Of a stretch of 64,000 nt of DNA, positions 17,772 to 26,784 are shown in pieces. A program made the translations under genes and the position numbers. Below the pieces are notes generated by a model that had not been told where the DNA came from, ran no database searches, and worked only from the letters and a program-made list of their open reading frames with translations. Numbering within the stretch: the stretch's first letter is position 1; every line of letters begins with the position of its first letter. This DNA is from an uncultured Amnibacterium sp. (GTDB lineage Bacteria; Actinomycetota; Actinomycetes; Actinomycetales; Microbacteriaceae). The stretch spans positions 116,368 to 180,367 of the forward strand of contig NZ_CAXUGX010000003.1 of the NCBI RefSeq assembly GCF_964250715.1, given 5' to 3'.

Positions 17772-20192
17772 GTGCGGACAGCCGTCGTCGGTGGCGGGCC
17801 CGGAGGCCTGTACTTCGCCGCGCTCATGAAGCAGCTCGACCCCACGCACGAGGTGGTGGTGTGGGAGCGGAACGCGGCCGAGGACACGTTCGGGTTCGGG
17901 GTCGTCTTCAGCGACGAGACCGTCGGCGGCATCACGAACGCCGACCCCGTCGTGTCCGGCCAGATGGCCGCACGGTTCGCGCAATGGACCGACATCGACA
18001 TCCACTACCGCGGCGAGGTGCATACCGTGGGCGGCCAGGGCTTCGCGGCGATGGCCCGAAAGGAGCTGCTGCAGCTGCTGCAGCAGCGGTGCCTGGGCCT
18101 CGGCGTCGACCTGCGCTTCTCCACCGCCGCCCCGTCCGTGTCCGAGCTGTCGGCGCAGTTCGATCTGGTGCTCGCCGCGGACGGCGTGAACTCCGCGATC
18201 CGCACCCAGCTCGCCGAGCACTTCGGGCCCACACTCGACGTGCGCCGCTCCAAATACATGTGGCTCGGTACCGACCAGGTGTTCGAGGCGTTCAAGTTCT
18301 TCGTCAAGACGACCGAGTTCGGCGTCATGCAGGTGCACGGCTATCCCTACTCGGAGGCGGGCAGCACGTTCATCGTCGAGATGCACCCGGACGTGTGGCA
18401 GCGGGCCGGATTCGCCGACCACGCGGGGCAGGCCCTGCCGCCCGGGGTCAGCGACGAGCGCTCGATCGACCTGCTGCGCGACCTCTTCGCCGACGAGCTG
18501 GGCGGCTTCTCGCTGACCGCCAACAACTCCAAGTGGCTGAACTTCACCACGGTGCGGAACGAGCACTGGAGTCATCGCAACATCGTGCTGCTGGGCGATG
18601 CGGCGCACACCGCCCACTACTCGATCGGCTCCGGCACCAAGCTGGCGATGGAGGACGCGCTCGCCCTCGCGGCCTGCCTGCACGAGCATGCGGACATCCC
18701 GAGCGCCCTGGCGGCGTATGAGACGGAGCGGCGCCCCGTGGTGCTGTCGACGCAGCGCGCGGCGCAGGCCAGCCTGGAGTGGTTCGAGGACATCGCGATC
18801 TACGCGCAGCAGGAGCCGGTGCAGTTCTGCTTCAACCTGCTGACCCGCAGCCGCCGCATCACCTTCGACAACCTGAAGGTGCGGGACACCGACTTCGCCC
18901 GGCGGGTGGAGCAGGGGTTCGCCCGCCAGCAGGGCGCGGCCGAGGTCAGGCCCGCCATGTTCCAGCCGGGTCGCATCGGATCGCTGCAACTGAAGAATCG
19001 CATCATCGTGTCGTCGATGGACATGTACTCGGCCGCCGACGGGGTGCCCGGCGACTTCCACCTGGCGCATCTGGGCTCGAAGGCGCTGGGCGGCGCCGGC
19101 CTCGTGATGACCGAGATGGTGTGCGTGTCGCCGGAGGGACGCGTCACGCTCGGCTGCACCGGTCTCTACGACGACGAGCAGACGCGGTCGTGGCAGCGGA
19201 TCGTACGGTTCGTGCACGACTCGTCGACGGCGAAGATCGGGGTGCAGCTCGGGCATTCCGGGCGCAAGGGCTCCACTCGCCTGATGTGGGAGGGCATGGA
19301 CGACCCGCTCGCCGAGGGCGGCTGGCAGGTCGTCGGTCCCTCGGCGATCGCCTACGGCGACTCCAGTCAGGTGCCGCGCGAGCTGGACCGGGCGGGGATG
19401 GACCAGGTGCGCGACGCGTTCGCCGCCGCGGCGCGCAATGCGGCCACCGCCGGGTTCGATCTGCTGGAGCTGCATGCCGCGCACGGCTATCTGCTCTCGT
19501 CGTTCCTGTCGCCGATCGCCAACCGCCGGCAGGACGAGTACGGCGGGTCGCTCGACAACCGCATGCGGTTCCCGCTGCAGGTCTTCGACGCCGTCCGGGC
19601 GGGCTGGCCGGCCGAGAAGCCGATGACCGTGCGGGTGTCGGCCACCGACTGGGCCGAGGGCGGACTCAGTCACGACGAGTCGATCGCCGTGGCGCGGGTG
19701 TTCATCGAGCACGGCGCGGCCGGCGTCGACGTGTCCACGGGGCAGGTCACGAAGAGCGAGAAGCCGGCGTTCGGGCGCAGCTACCAGACCCCGTTTGCCG
19801 ACCGCATCCGCAACCAGGTCGCGCTCGGCTCCGGGGCCGCGGTCATCGCTGTCGGCGTGATCGCCTCGTACGACGACGTCAACTCGATCCTGCTGGCGGG
19901 CCGCGCCGACTTCTGCGCACTGGGCCGGTCGCAGCTGTTCGACCCGCAGTGGACGCTGCACGCCGCCGCGGATCAGGGCTACCGCGGCGACGGCGCCGAC
20001 TGGCCGCTGCCGTTCCGGGCCGGCAGCCGCAAGCCGCCGACCGGCCGCACCGATGCAGTGCGCCCACGGCTCGAACTGTTGCGCACCGCCGCTGCGCCCG
20101 AGAACATCCACGTGCGGTGGACCCCGACTCCGGAGCGCGCTGCGGCTCCGGCCCTGCTCATGGCTCCGCAGTCCGCCGCCGCGACCGTCTGA
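17772..20192 (+). CDS. bifunctional aryl-CoA hydroxylase: N-terminal FAD monooxygenase fused to C-terminal Old-Yellow-Enzyme NADH:flavin oxidoreductase (salicylyl-CoA 5-hydroxylase / 2-aminobenzoyl-CoA monooxygenase-reductase type)
   Basis: 806 aa from GTG 17772 (SD GAAAGGAAA upstream). VVGGGPGGLYFA, LAADGVNSAIR, LLGDAAHTAHYSIGSGTKLAMEDA in the N half. OYE blocks LELHAAHGYLLSSFLSP, NRRQDEYGGSLDNR in the C half. Confidence 0.85.
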   Translation: MRTAVVGGGPGGLYFAALMKQLDPTHEVVVWERNAAEDTFGFGVVFSDETVGGITNADPVVSGQMAARFAQWTDIDIHYRGEVHTVGGQGFAAMARKELLQLLQQRCLGLGVDLRFSTAAPSVSELSAQFDLVLAADGVNSAIRTQLAEHFGPTLDVRRSKYMWLGTDQVFEAFKFFVKTTEFGVMQVHGYPYSEAGSTFIVEMHPDVWQRAGFADHAGQALPPGVSDERSIDLLRDLFADELGGFSLTANNSKWLNFTTVRNEHWSHRNIVLLGDAAHTAHYSIGSGTKLAMEDALALAACLHEHADIPSALAAYETERRPVVLSTQRAAQASLEWFEDIAIYAQQEPVQFCFNLLTRSRRITFDNLKVRDTDFARRVEQGFARQQGAAEVRPAMFQPGRIGSLQLKNRIIVSSMDMYSAADGVPGDFHLAHLGSKALGGAGLVMTEMVCVSPEGRVTLGCTGLYDDEQTRSWQRIVRFVHDSSTAKIGVQLGHSGRKGSTRLMWEGMDDPLAEGGWQVVGPSAIAYGDSSQVPRELDRAGMDQVRDAFAAAARNAATAGFDLLELHAAHGYLLSSFLSPIANRRQDEYGGSLDNRMRFPLQVFDAVRAGWPAEKPMTVRVSATDWAEGGLSHDESIAVARVFIEHGAAGVDVSTGQVTKSEKPAFGRSYQTPFADRIRNQVALGSGAAVIAVGVIASYDDVNSILLAGRADFCALGRSQLFDPQWTLHAAADQGYRGDGADWPLPFRAGSRKPPTGRTDAVRPRLELLRTAAAPENIHVRWTPTPERAAAPALLMAPQSAAATV

Positions 20193-20200
20193 GAGGCACC

Positions 20201-20593
20201 ATGCACGAGATCATCAACCCGCCGTCGCTGCTGCCGCCGAGTGGCTTCGCCCACGCGGTGAAAGCCGGAGGGACGGTCTACCTCGCGGGCCAGACGGCGC
20301 TCGACGCATCCGGCGTGATCGTGCCCGGCGGCATCGTCGAGCAGTTCCGGCAGGCGTTCGGCAACGTGCTGGAGGCGCTCCGGGCGTCCGGCGGCAGTCC
20401 GGAGGACCTGGTCACCATCACCATCTACCTGACCGACATCCCGGACTATCAGCGGCACGGTCGCGAGATCGGCCGGGTGTGGCGCGAGCTGGCCGGCACG
20501 CACTACCCGGCGATGGCCGGCATCGGCGTCAGCGCCCTGTGGCAGCCCGAGGCCCTGATCGAGATCCAGGCGATCGCGGTGCTGACTGACTAA
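20201..20593 (+). CDS. ridA: RidA/YjgF family enamine-imine deaminase
   Basis: 130 aa. GTVYLAGQTALD.., ..ITIYLTD.., ..ALIEIQAIAV typical of YjgF/UK114. Confidence 0.8.
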   Translation: MHEIINPPSLLPPSGFAHAVKAGGTVYLAGQTALDASGVIVPGGIVEQFRQAFGNVLEALRASGGSPEDLVTITIYLTDIPDYQRHGREIGRVWRELAGTHYPAMAGIGVSALWQPEALIEIQAIAVLTD

Positions 20594-21456
20594 CTCCAGT
20601 GCGCGCCCGCCCAGCGGAGCGCCGCGGGTTCGAGCCGGTCGACGAGGCGCTCGAACACCCGCCCGGCGTCGGAGGCACGCCACTCAGCGTCGAGGAGTTC
20701 CGGCGGCAGCCCCGGATCCCGGAACGGCAGCTTGCGCCACTGGTCCACGGCCGCGAGATAGATGCGGAACGCGTCGGCGTCGCTCGGGGATGTCTCTCGG
20801 ACCGCCGACTCGACGGGCGAGTAAGTCGCGAGGAAGTCCCGATACCCGTCGTTCAGCGCCTTCAGGTCCCAGGCGCTGCGCACGATCTGCGCCAGGGGAC
20901 GCCCCGGTTCGTAGCGCCCGACGAAGGTCGCCGACATCGCGGTGAGCCCCAGTTGCTCCAGGGTCTCCTTGGCCGAGGCCGCGGCGCGAGCGGGCGCGAT
21001 CCACATGCCCGAGCCCATATTGCCGAAGCCGAGCGTCGAGAAGCGTGCGCGCAACTGGTGACGACGTTCGCGTTCGCGCTCGGGGACCGAGACGTTGACG
21101 ACGCACCAGCCGTCGGCGAGGTCGGCGGGGACTCGGGAGTGCCAGATGACGTTGTCGCCCTCGGAGAAGGAGCGCGTGGCGACCTGGGTCAGCGAGTAGC
21201 CCTTCACGTCGCCGCGCTGATCGGCGACGAGCCAGCCGCGCTTCTTCAGGCGGAAGACCGCGGTGCGCACGCTCGACTCGTCGACGCCCAGCCCGCCCAT
21301 CAGGCCCACCGCCGCGCTGATCGGCATCCAGTCGCCCGCTGGACGGACGATGGCGCCGAGAAAAGTCACGAGGATCGTGCGCGAACTCGCCGAGCTGAGG
21401 AGATGGTCGGCCGTCACGCCGAGGGCGGGCGGAGGTGGGACGACGGACGTGGTCAC
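20590..21456 (-). CDS. PaaX-family transcriptional regulator
   Basis: 288 aa. N-terminal wHTH (SVRTAVFRLKKRGWLV) and PaaX C-terminal domain pattern (VNVSVPERERERRHQLR..LGFG..G.WIAP). Converges on ridA with a 4-nt overlap. Confidence 0.8.
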   Translation of the reverse strand: MTTSVVPPPPALGVTADHLLSSASSRTILVTFLGAIVRPAGDWMPISAAVGLMGGLGVDESSVRTAVFRLKKRGWLVADQRGDVKGYSLTQVATRSFSEGDNVIWHSRVPADLADGWCVVNVSVPERERERRHQLRARFSTLGFGNMGSGMWIAPARAAASAKETLEQLGLTAMSATFVGRYEPGRPLAQIVRSAWDLKALNDGYRDFLATYSPVESAVRETSPSDADAFRIYLAAVDQWRKLPFRDPGLPPELLDAEWRASDAGRVFERLVDRLEPAALRWAGAHWS

Positions 21457-21514
21457 GCGACTCCTTCACCTTCCGGTTCACGGTAACACCGAGGTGCACT
21501 CCGGAGACGCCGGG

Positions 21515-22903
21515 TCACACCATGACGGCCGTCCCCGCCGCGGCGGCTTCCACGGGTGTCGGGGCGAGGATCGTGCGTCGTCGGGTGGCGAAGATGCCGA
21601 TGGCGGCGAGGAACATGACGGTTTCGGTGAGGGCCATCGACCAGATGACACCGGTCTCGCCGATGAGCGCGTTCGCGCCGAAGACGATCGGGATGAACAG
21701 CACGCCCTGCATCACGGACATGACGATCGCGGGCACCGTCTGTCCGGTTGCTTGGAACAGTGCGACGAAGAGGCCCGTGAAGCCGTTGAACAGTGTCGAG
21801 ACCAGCATCGCAGTCAGCACTGTCGCCCCGAGCTGCTGCAGCGACCGGTCCGCGGTGAAGACGGCCAGCACGTCGCCGCGCAGCAGGAAGACGGGCAGCG
21901 CGAAGGCGATCACGAGTGCGGCGATCGCGACGGCGCTTCGTACGATCGCGCCGCGCAGGCGGGCGGTGTCGCGGCGGCCGTAGGCGAAGCCGAGCAGTGG
22001 CAGTACGCCCATGCCGACGCCCATGCAGAGGAACTCGGGGAACTGCACCACGCGCTGCGCGACCCCGAAGCCGGCCAGCAGATCCTCGCCGTAGAAGGTG
22101 GCGATGTGGTTCAGCACGAGCGAGGAGACGAGCAGGAATCCGCTCTGCAGCAGCTCCGAGACGCCGACGCCGAACACCTCCTTCATCACTGCTGGTCGCA
22201 TCGTGAACCAGCGCGGCGCGAGGCTCTGCACGATGCTGTGCCGGATGAGGTGGCGCACGAAGTAGGCGACGGAGACGAGGTTCGCCAGACCGATCGCGAG
22301 TGCGGCACCGGCGACGCCCCAGCCGAGCACGAGGATGAACAGCACGTCGAAGACGAGGTTCGCGACGGTGCTGACGATCAGCCCGGTCATCGACGCCTTC
22401 GCGGCGCCTTCCGCCCGGACGAGTTGCTCCAGTGTGAACGCGAGGGTGAGCACGGGAGTGAACGCGAGCTGCACTCCGACGTAGATCGCGGTCGGTGCGG
22501 CGGCTGCGCCGACCGCGCCGAGTCCGGCGGTGATCGGACCGAGCAGCAGCAGGCAGACGCCGCCGACGACTGCGCCGACGATGAGGGAGCCGTAGACCGC
22601 GAACGCGGAGGTGCGCTTGATGTCGTCCGCGTACTCCGGGTGCTCCTGCAGACCGCCGAGCCGGCGGGAGATCGCGGTGCCGGCGCCGACTCCGAACACG
22701 CCGCCGATCGCCATCACGAGCGCGAGGACGGGGATGCCGTAGGTGATCGCCGCCAGCAGCGCGGTGGAGTGGAGCGAGCCGATGAAGCCCGCGTTGACGA
22801 TGGAGTAGATGGTGTTGACCGATAGGGCGGCCATCATCGGGATGCAGAGGTGGGCGAGCGCGCGCCAGAGCGGCGCCTTGGCGAGGACGTCGTGATCGTT
22901 CAT
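21515..22903 (-). CDS. MATE-family efflux transporter
   Basis: 462 aa from MNDHDVLAKAPLWRALAHLCIPMM.. with 12 predicted TM segments. The upstream 303 codons of the listed ORF are Arg/Gly-rich and overlap tetR, so they are rejected. Confidence 0.85.
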   Translation of the reverse strand: MNDHDVLAKAPLWRALAHLCIPMMAALSVNTIYSIVNAGFIGSLHSTALLAAITYGIPVLALVMAIGGVFGVGAGTAISRRLGGLQEHPEYADDIKRTSAFAVYGSLIVGAVVGGVCLLLLGPITAGLGAVGAAAAPTAIYVGVQLAFTPVLTLAFTLEQLVRAEGAAKASMTGLIVSTVANLVFDVLFILVLGWGVAGAALAIGLANLVSVAYFVRHLIRHSIVQSLAPRWFTMRPAVMKEVFGVGVSELLQSGFLLVSSLVLNHIATFYGEDLLAGFGVAQRVVQFPEFLCMGVGMGVLPLLGFAYGRRDTARLRGAIVRSAVAIAALVIAFALPVFLLRGDVLAVFTADRSLQQLGATVLTAMLVSTLFNGFTGLFVALFQATGQTVPAIVMSVMQGVLFIPIVFGANALIGETGVIWSMALTETVMFLAAIGIFATRRRTILAPTPVEAAAAGTAVMV

Positions 22904-22934
22904 CGGACGCGCTCCTTCCGGGTCGGCTCGGCGC

Positions 22935-22980
22935 TGTTGGAACGCCGTTCTAGTCCCCATCTTGGAACGGCGTTCTAGAT
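22935..22980. promoter_or_regulatory. paired 17-bp operators in the MATE/TetR divergent intergenic region
   Basis: TTGGAACGCCGTTCTAG and TTGGAACGGCGTTCTAG, about 25 bp apart. Each has an internally palindromic core GAACGnCGTTC, and the cores are reverse complements of each other. Coordinates within about 2 nt. Confidence 0.6.
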
Positions 22981-22996
22981 CTGTCAACATGGGGAG

Positions 22997-23668
22997 ATGA
23001 CGACCACCACGCAGCGGAGCGAACGACGAGCGGATGCGCTGTCGAAGGAGCGGATCGTCGCGGCCGCGATCCAGATCCTCGACAGCGGCGGCGAGAAGGC
23101 GCTCACGTTTCGGGCGCTCGCGGCGCGGCTGGCGACCGGAGCGGGAGCGATCTACTGGCACGTCGCCGACAAGAACGAGCTGCTTGCAGCGGCGACCGAC
23201 GACATCATCGCCCGAGCCATGGCCGAGGCGGCCGACAGCGAGCAGCCGCGGGAGACGATCCGCGCGGCCGCCCTGACGGTGTTCGACGTGATCGACGCGC
23301 ACCCCTGGGTGGGCGCCCAGCTCGCTGAGGAGCCGTGGCAACCCGCAGTGCTGCGCATCCTGGAGGGATTCGGCGGGCCGCTCACCGCGCTCGGCGTCCC
23401 CGAGAAGGCGCAGTTCGACTGCGCGACCGCGCTCCTGAACTACGTCTCCGGACTCGCGGCACAGTACGCAGCGGCCGCCCGCCTGCAAGGACGCGAGACG
23501 AGCAGGACCGCCCTCCTCGCGAACGTCGCCGCCCGATGGACCGCGCTCGACCCCGCGGAGTACCCGTTCGTGCACCGCGTGGCGGCCCGACTGGCCGACC
23601 ACGACGACCGCGAACAGTTCCTCGCCGGCATCGACCTGATCCTGACCGGAATCGAGGCCGTCCGATAG
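22997..23668 (+). CDS. TetR/AcrR-family transcriptional regulator
   Basis: 223 aa. N-terminal HTH LTFRALAARLATGAGAIYWHVADKNELL. Divergent from the MATE gene. Confidence 0.9.
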   Translation: MTTTTQRSERRADALSKERIVAAAIQILDSGGEKALTFRALAARLATGAGAIYWHVADKNELLAAATDDIIARAMAEAADSEQPRETIRAAALTVFDVIDAHPWVGAQLAEEPWQPAVLRILEGFGGPLTALGVPEKAQFDCATALLNYVSGLAAQYAAAARLQGRETSRTALLANVAARWTALDPAEYPFVHRVAARLADHDDREQFLAGIDLILTGIEAVR

Positions 23669-23688
23669 CCGGTGCCCCGGCAGCACTT

Positions 23689-23758
23689 CAGCAGGACCAC
23701 GTCCCGATCGCAGGCTGCTGGTCGACCACCGACCTGCTGTCGGGACCTGGTCCTGCTG
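23689..23758 (+). terminator. 70-nt hairpin (26-nt arms, 23/26 paired) just downstream of tetR; no T-tract
   Basis: CAGCAGGACCACGTCCCGATCGCAGG (23689-23714), 18-nt loop containing GGTCGACC, then CCTGCTGTCGGGACCTGGTCCTGCTG (23733-23758). Confidence 0.4.
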
Positions 23759-23808
23759 ACGCGCCGCGGGAATCGCGGCTCGCGGAGGTCCGGTCATCTG
23801 GGCCGGGG

Positions 23809-24173
23809 TCATCTGCCGTGGGCGGAATGGACAGCGTCGCAGCGCAAATGCGCTCGGGACGTCGCGGCGCCTCGCTCGGTCAGGTCGTGCAGCATGGCGC
23901 CCTGGTTGGGCACGGTGAACTGCGCCAGCGGCGTCCCGTGCACGTTCAGCTTCTGGACGAAGACGAACAGGTCCATGTCGTCGGCACCCGTTCCCTCGAC
24001 CAGAGCCCCGCCTTCGGATAGCCGGCCAGCGCGGACTCCTCGTCGAAGCGGACCGTGAAGGAGACCAGACCTGGATTCGCGTCAGCGCTGTACGCCGCCG
24101 CCACCTCGTCCGCGGCGGCCGCCGCCCGCTTGATCGTTCGGAGAACCGACGCGGTTCGACACCGAATGGTCAT
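23809..24173 (-). pseudogene. possible remnant of a CocE/NonD-type hydrolase C-terminal domain (frameshifted fragment)
   Basis: Minus strand reads ..VSFTVRFDEESALAGYPKAGLW, then (after a frame change near 24000) LVEGTGADDMDLFVFVQKLNVHGTPLAQ... This resembles the PepX_C-type beta-sandwich pattern. No catalytic domain is present. Confidence 0.3.
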
Positions 24174-24208
24174 GAACCGGTCGTCCCTGGCGCACTTACC
24201 CTTCAGGA

Positions 24209-25018
24209 GTGACCGAATCACCCATGATGCCCGGTTCGATGCTCCCCACGCCGATCTTCGCGCCGCATTCACGCCGGTCCGAGCTTCTCGCCATGATCCG
24301 TTCGAACGGGCGGGTGGAGGTCGCCGAGATGCCGAACCTGCTCGGGGTGTCCGCAGAGACCGTACGCCGGGACCTTCGGTTGTTGGAGACGCAGGGCATG
24401 ATCCGCCGTGGCTACGGCGTCGCCTATCCGGTCGAGAGCGGCGCATTCGAGAGCACCCTTCAGGTGCGCAGCAACATCAACCCCGAGGAGAAGCTGAGGG
24501 TCGCGAGCGCCCTGATTGCTCGAATCGGCGAAGCGCAGACGATCTTCCTCGACGAGGGCTACCAGACCCAGCTCGTCGCACAGCGCCTGCCGGTCGACCG
24601 ACCACTGACCGTCGTCACGGCGTCATTACCGGTCGCGACGCTGCTCGCGCCTCGCTCGAACGTGCAGGTCGTCGTACTCGGCGGACGCGTCCGCGGCAAC
24701 ACACTCGGTGTGGTGGATCACTGGGCGGCCGACATGCTCTCGCGTCTCACGGTCGACCTGGCGATACTCGGCGCCAACGGCGTCTCGGTCGAACGTGGCA
24801 TGACGACGCCAGACCCTGCGGTCGCCGCGGTCAAGACGGCTGCGGTCCAATCCGCGATGCGTCGGATCTTCGTCGGAGCGCACCACAAGTTCGGCACGAC
24901 CACTTTCGTGAAGTTCGCCGAGGTCCGCGACTTCGAGCTGCTCATCACCGGCCACGAGCTCTCTCCGACACTCGGCAACCGATTCACCGCGGCCGGCTGC
25001 CAGCTCATCCGCGTCTGA
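24209..25018 (+). CDS. DeoR-family transcriptional regulator
   Basis: 269 aa. N-terminal HTH (RRSELLAMIRSNGRVEVAEMPNLLGVSAETVRRDLRLLETQGMIRR) plus DeoR C-terminal sensor domain. Exact start uncertain. Confidence 0.85.
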   Translation: MTESPMMPGSMLPTPIFAPHSRRSELLAMIRSNGRVEVAEMPNLLGVSAETVRRDLRLLETQGMIRRGYGVAYPVESGAFESTLQVRSNINPEEKLRVASALIARIGEAQTIFLDEGYQTQLVAQRLPVDRPLTVVTASLPVATLLAPRSNVQVVVLGGRVRGNTLGVVDHWAADMLSRLTVDLAILGANGVSVERGMTTPDPAVAAVKTAAVQSAMRRIFVGAHHKFGTTTFVKFAEVRDFELLITGHELSPTLGNRFTAAGCQLIRV

Positions 25019-25188
25019 CGCCGGTCGTTCCTGGGTCCTCACCACGGGAAAACGGTCGTGAAGCGGTCACGCGTGTCTGGTGCTTCCACTCACCCGTCGA
25101 CGATCGGTCGTGCTTGCATTGGCGGTCGTCGCACCTCGACACGCCTCGTCCGAGGTCGGGGCGAAGACCGATCGAAGGAGATCACGGA

Positions 25189-26784
25189 ATGGTCGATCCG
25201 TCCCCAGCCTGCATCGACCATCCTTCGCGCAGTACCGTCACCGCCCCGTGCGGCACGGTGCACGGCGTCGTCCAGGGCGGGGTCCACGTCTTCAAAGGCG
25301 TCCGGTTCGCGCAGGCGCCCGTGGGTGCCCTGCGCTTCGCGCCTCCCCGGCCGGTCGCGGTCGGGAACATCGGTGCGCCACAGTGCGATGCGACACAGTT
25401 CGGTGCGATCTCGCTGCAAGACCTCGACCCGCTGCCGAAGGCTCTGCCGGGCGCCGAACACAACTTCTACTCGCTCGACGCCCGCACATCCGAGGACTGC
25501 TTGAACCTCAACGTCTGGACGCCGGACACCGGCGGTACTGCCGCCGTGTACGTGTACATCCACGGCGGCGCGTTCCTCTACGGCTCCGGTACCGGCGCGT
25601 GGATCGACGGTGCCCAGCACGCCCGAGAGCACGGCGTCGTCGTGGTGACGCTCAACTATCGACTCGGTCTGCTCGGGGGTCTCTGGCTCGGCGACCACGA
25701 TCCGCATTCCTCCAACCTCGGACTGCAAGACCAGATAGAGGCCCTGCGGTGGGTGCGCGCCAACATTGCCGCCTTCGGAGGCGATCCCGACCTCGTCACG
25801 ATCGGCGGACAGTCCGCCGGCGCAATGTCCGTTGCCGCCCTGCTCTGCGCACCGGCTGCTCGCGGCTTGTTCCATCGCGGGATCATCGAGAGCGGGCATC
25901 TCGCCGCGACGGTTTCCCTCGAGGACGCCCGGCGCACGACCGGCACCGTGCTGAGGGCGCTGCACATCGATGCGGCAGGCGACGACGTGATGGAGCATCT
26001 CCGTTCGATGTCCGCGCTGCGGCTGCTGAGCGCTGAGCGGGAGTTCGGCATCGCGATCAGGGCGTTCCCATTGGTGAGGGACGGTGTCGTCCTCGCCGCC
26101 GACGTCAACGAAGCGCTTCGGGACATCGCACCCGAGGTCGACCTGCTCGTGGGAACAACCAGTCAAGAGGACCGACTGTTCAGCATCACCGGGTGGGCGC
26201 CGCCGACGCAAACGGCTGACGAAGCGGTCTCGGGCATGCTGCCAGCGGGAGAAGCGCGAGAGACAGGTATCGCGTTGTACTCGCGCCTCGCTGCCGACGC
26301 AGGTTTGGATGATGCAGCAATCGGCCACCTCATCGCGACGGAGCACGACTGGGCCACGCCGGCTCGAGCGGTCGCGGCTGAGCATGCAGCCGCGGGTGGT
26401 CGGACGTATCACTACGAATTCGCTTGGGAGTCTTCGGTTCCGGATGTGGGTGCAGCACATCTGGTCGACCTGCCTTTTTTCATGGGCAACCTCGACGCAT
26501 CGGGCGTTCCAGCCCTCCTCGGCGACGAAGTCCGCTTCGATAATGAAACGCGGGCGCTCGCCGATGACATCAGTGCGTCGGTCGCCCAATTCATTCGTAC
26601 CGGAGACCTGTCCAGCAGTCCGCTCGGGACCTGGCCCGTCTTCACGGCTGAGCAGCGAGCCACAATGGTGATGGACCGGTCCAGCCAGGTGGTGCAGGAC
26701 CGCTTGGCGGACCGTCTCGACTTCTGGCAGGCCAACTCGGCCGAGTCTGTGGAGTCCCTCACCTCCCTCGGATTCGTCGAATGA
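25189..26784 (+). CDS. type-B carboxylesterase/lipase (PnbA-like), copy 1
   Basis: 531 aa from ATG 25189 (SD GAAGGAG). EDCLNLNVWTP, YIHGGAF, GNLGLQDQ-like LGLQDQIEALRWV, nucleophile elbow GGQSAGA. Confidence 0.9.
   Translation: MVDPSPACIDHPSRSTVTAPCGTVHGVVQGGVHVFKGVRFAQAPVGALRFAPPRPVAVGNIGAPQCDATQFGAISLQDLDPLPKALPGAEHNFYSLDARTSEDCLNLNVWTPDTGGTAAVYVYIHGGAFLYGSGTGAWIDGAQHAREHGVVVVTLNYRLGLLGGLWLGDHDPHSSNLGLQDQIEALRWVRANIAAFGGDPDLVTIGGQSAGAMSVAALLCAPAARGLFHRGIIESGHLAATVSLEDARRTTGTVLRALHIDAAGDDVMEHLRSMSALRLLSAEREFGIAIRAFPLVRDGVVLAADVNEALRDIAPEVDLLVGTTSQEDRLFSITGWAPPTQTADEAVSGMLPAGEARETGIALYSRLAADAGLDDAAIGHLIATEHDWATPARAVAAEHAAAGGRTYHYEFAWESSVPDVGAAHLVDLPFFMGNLDASGVPALLGDEVRFDNETRALADDISASVAQFIRTGDLSSSPLGTWPVFTAEQRATMVMDRSSQVVQDRLADRLDFWQANSAESVESLTSLGFVE

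Noticed and set aside
17700-20111. 803-aa minus-strand ORF (and 18779..20593 plus, upstream part)
   Set aside because: It is antisense or out of frame relative to the monooxygenase/OYE fusion. Only the last 131 codons of 18779..20593 (RidA) are real.
21263-23812. 520-aa plus ORF over the MATE gene, and the 303-codon N-terminal extension of the MATE ORF
   Set aside because: Asp/Glu/Arg/Gly-rich shadow translation. The extension overlaps tetR and the operator region, and the MATE protein starts at MNDHDV.
24055-25188. N-terminal 378 codons of the listed 909-aa ORF
   Set aside because: This part overlaps the DeoR gene in another frame. The esterase begins at ATG 25189, which has a strong SD.
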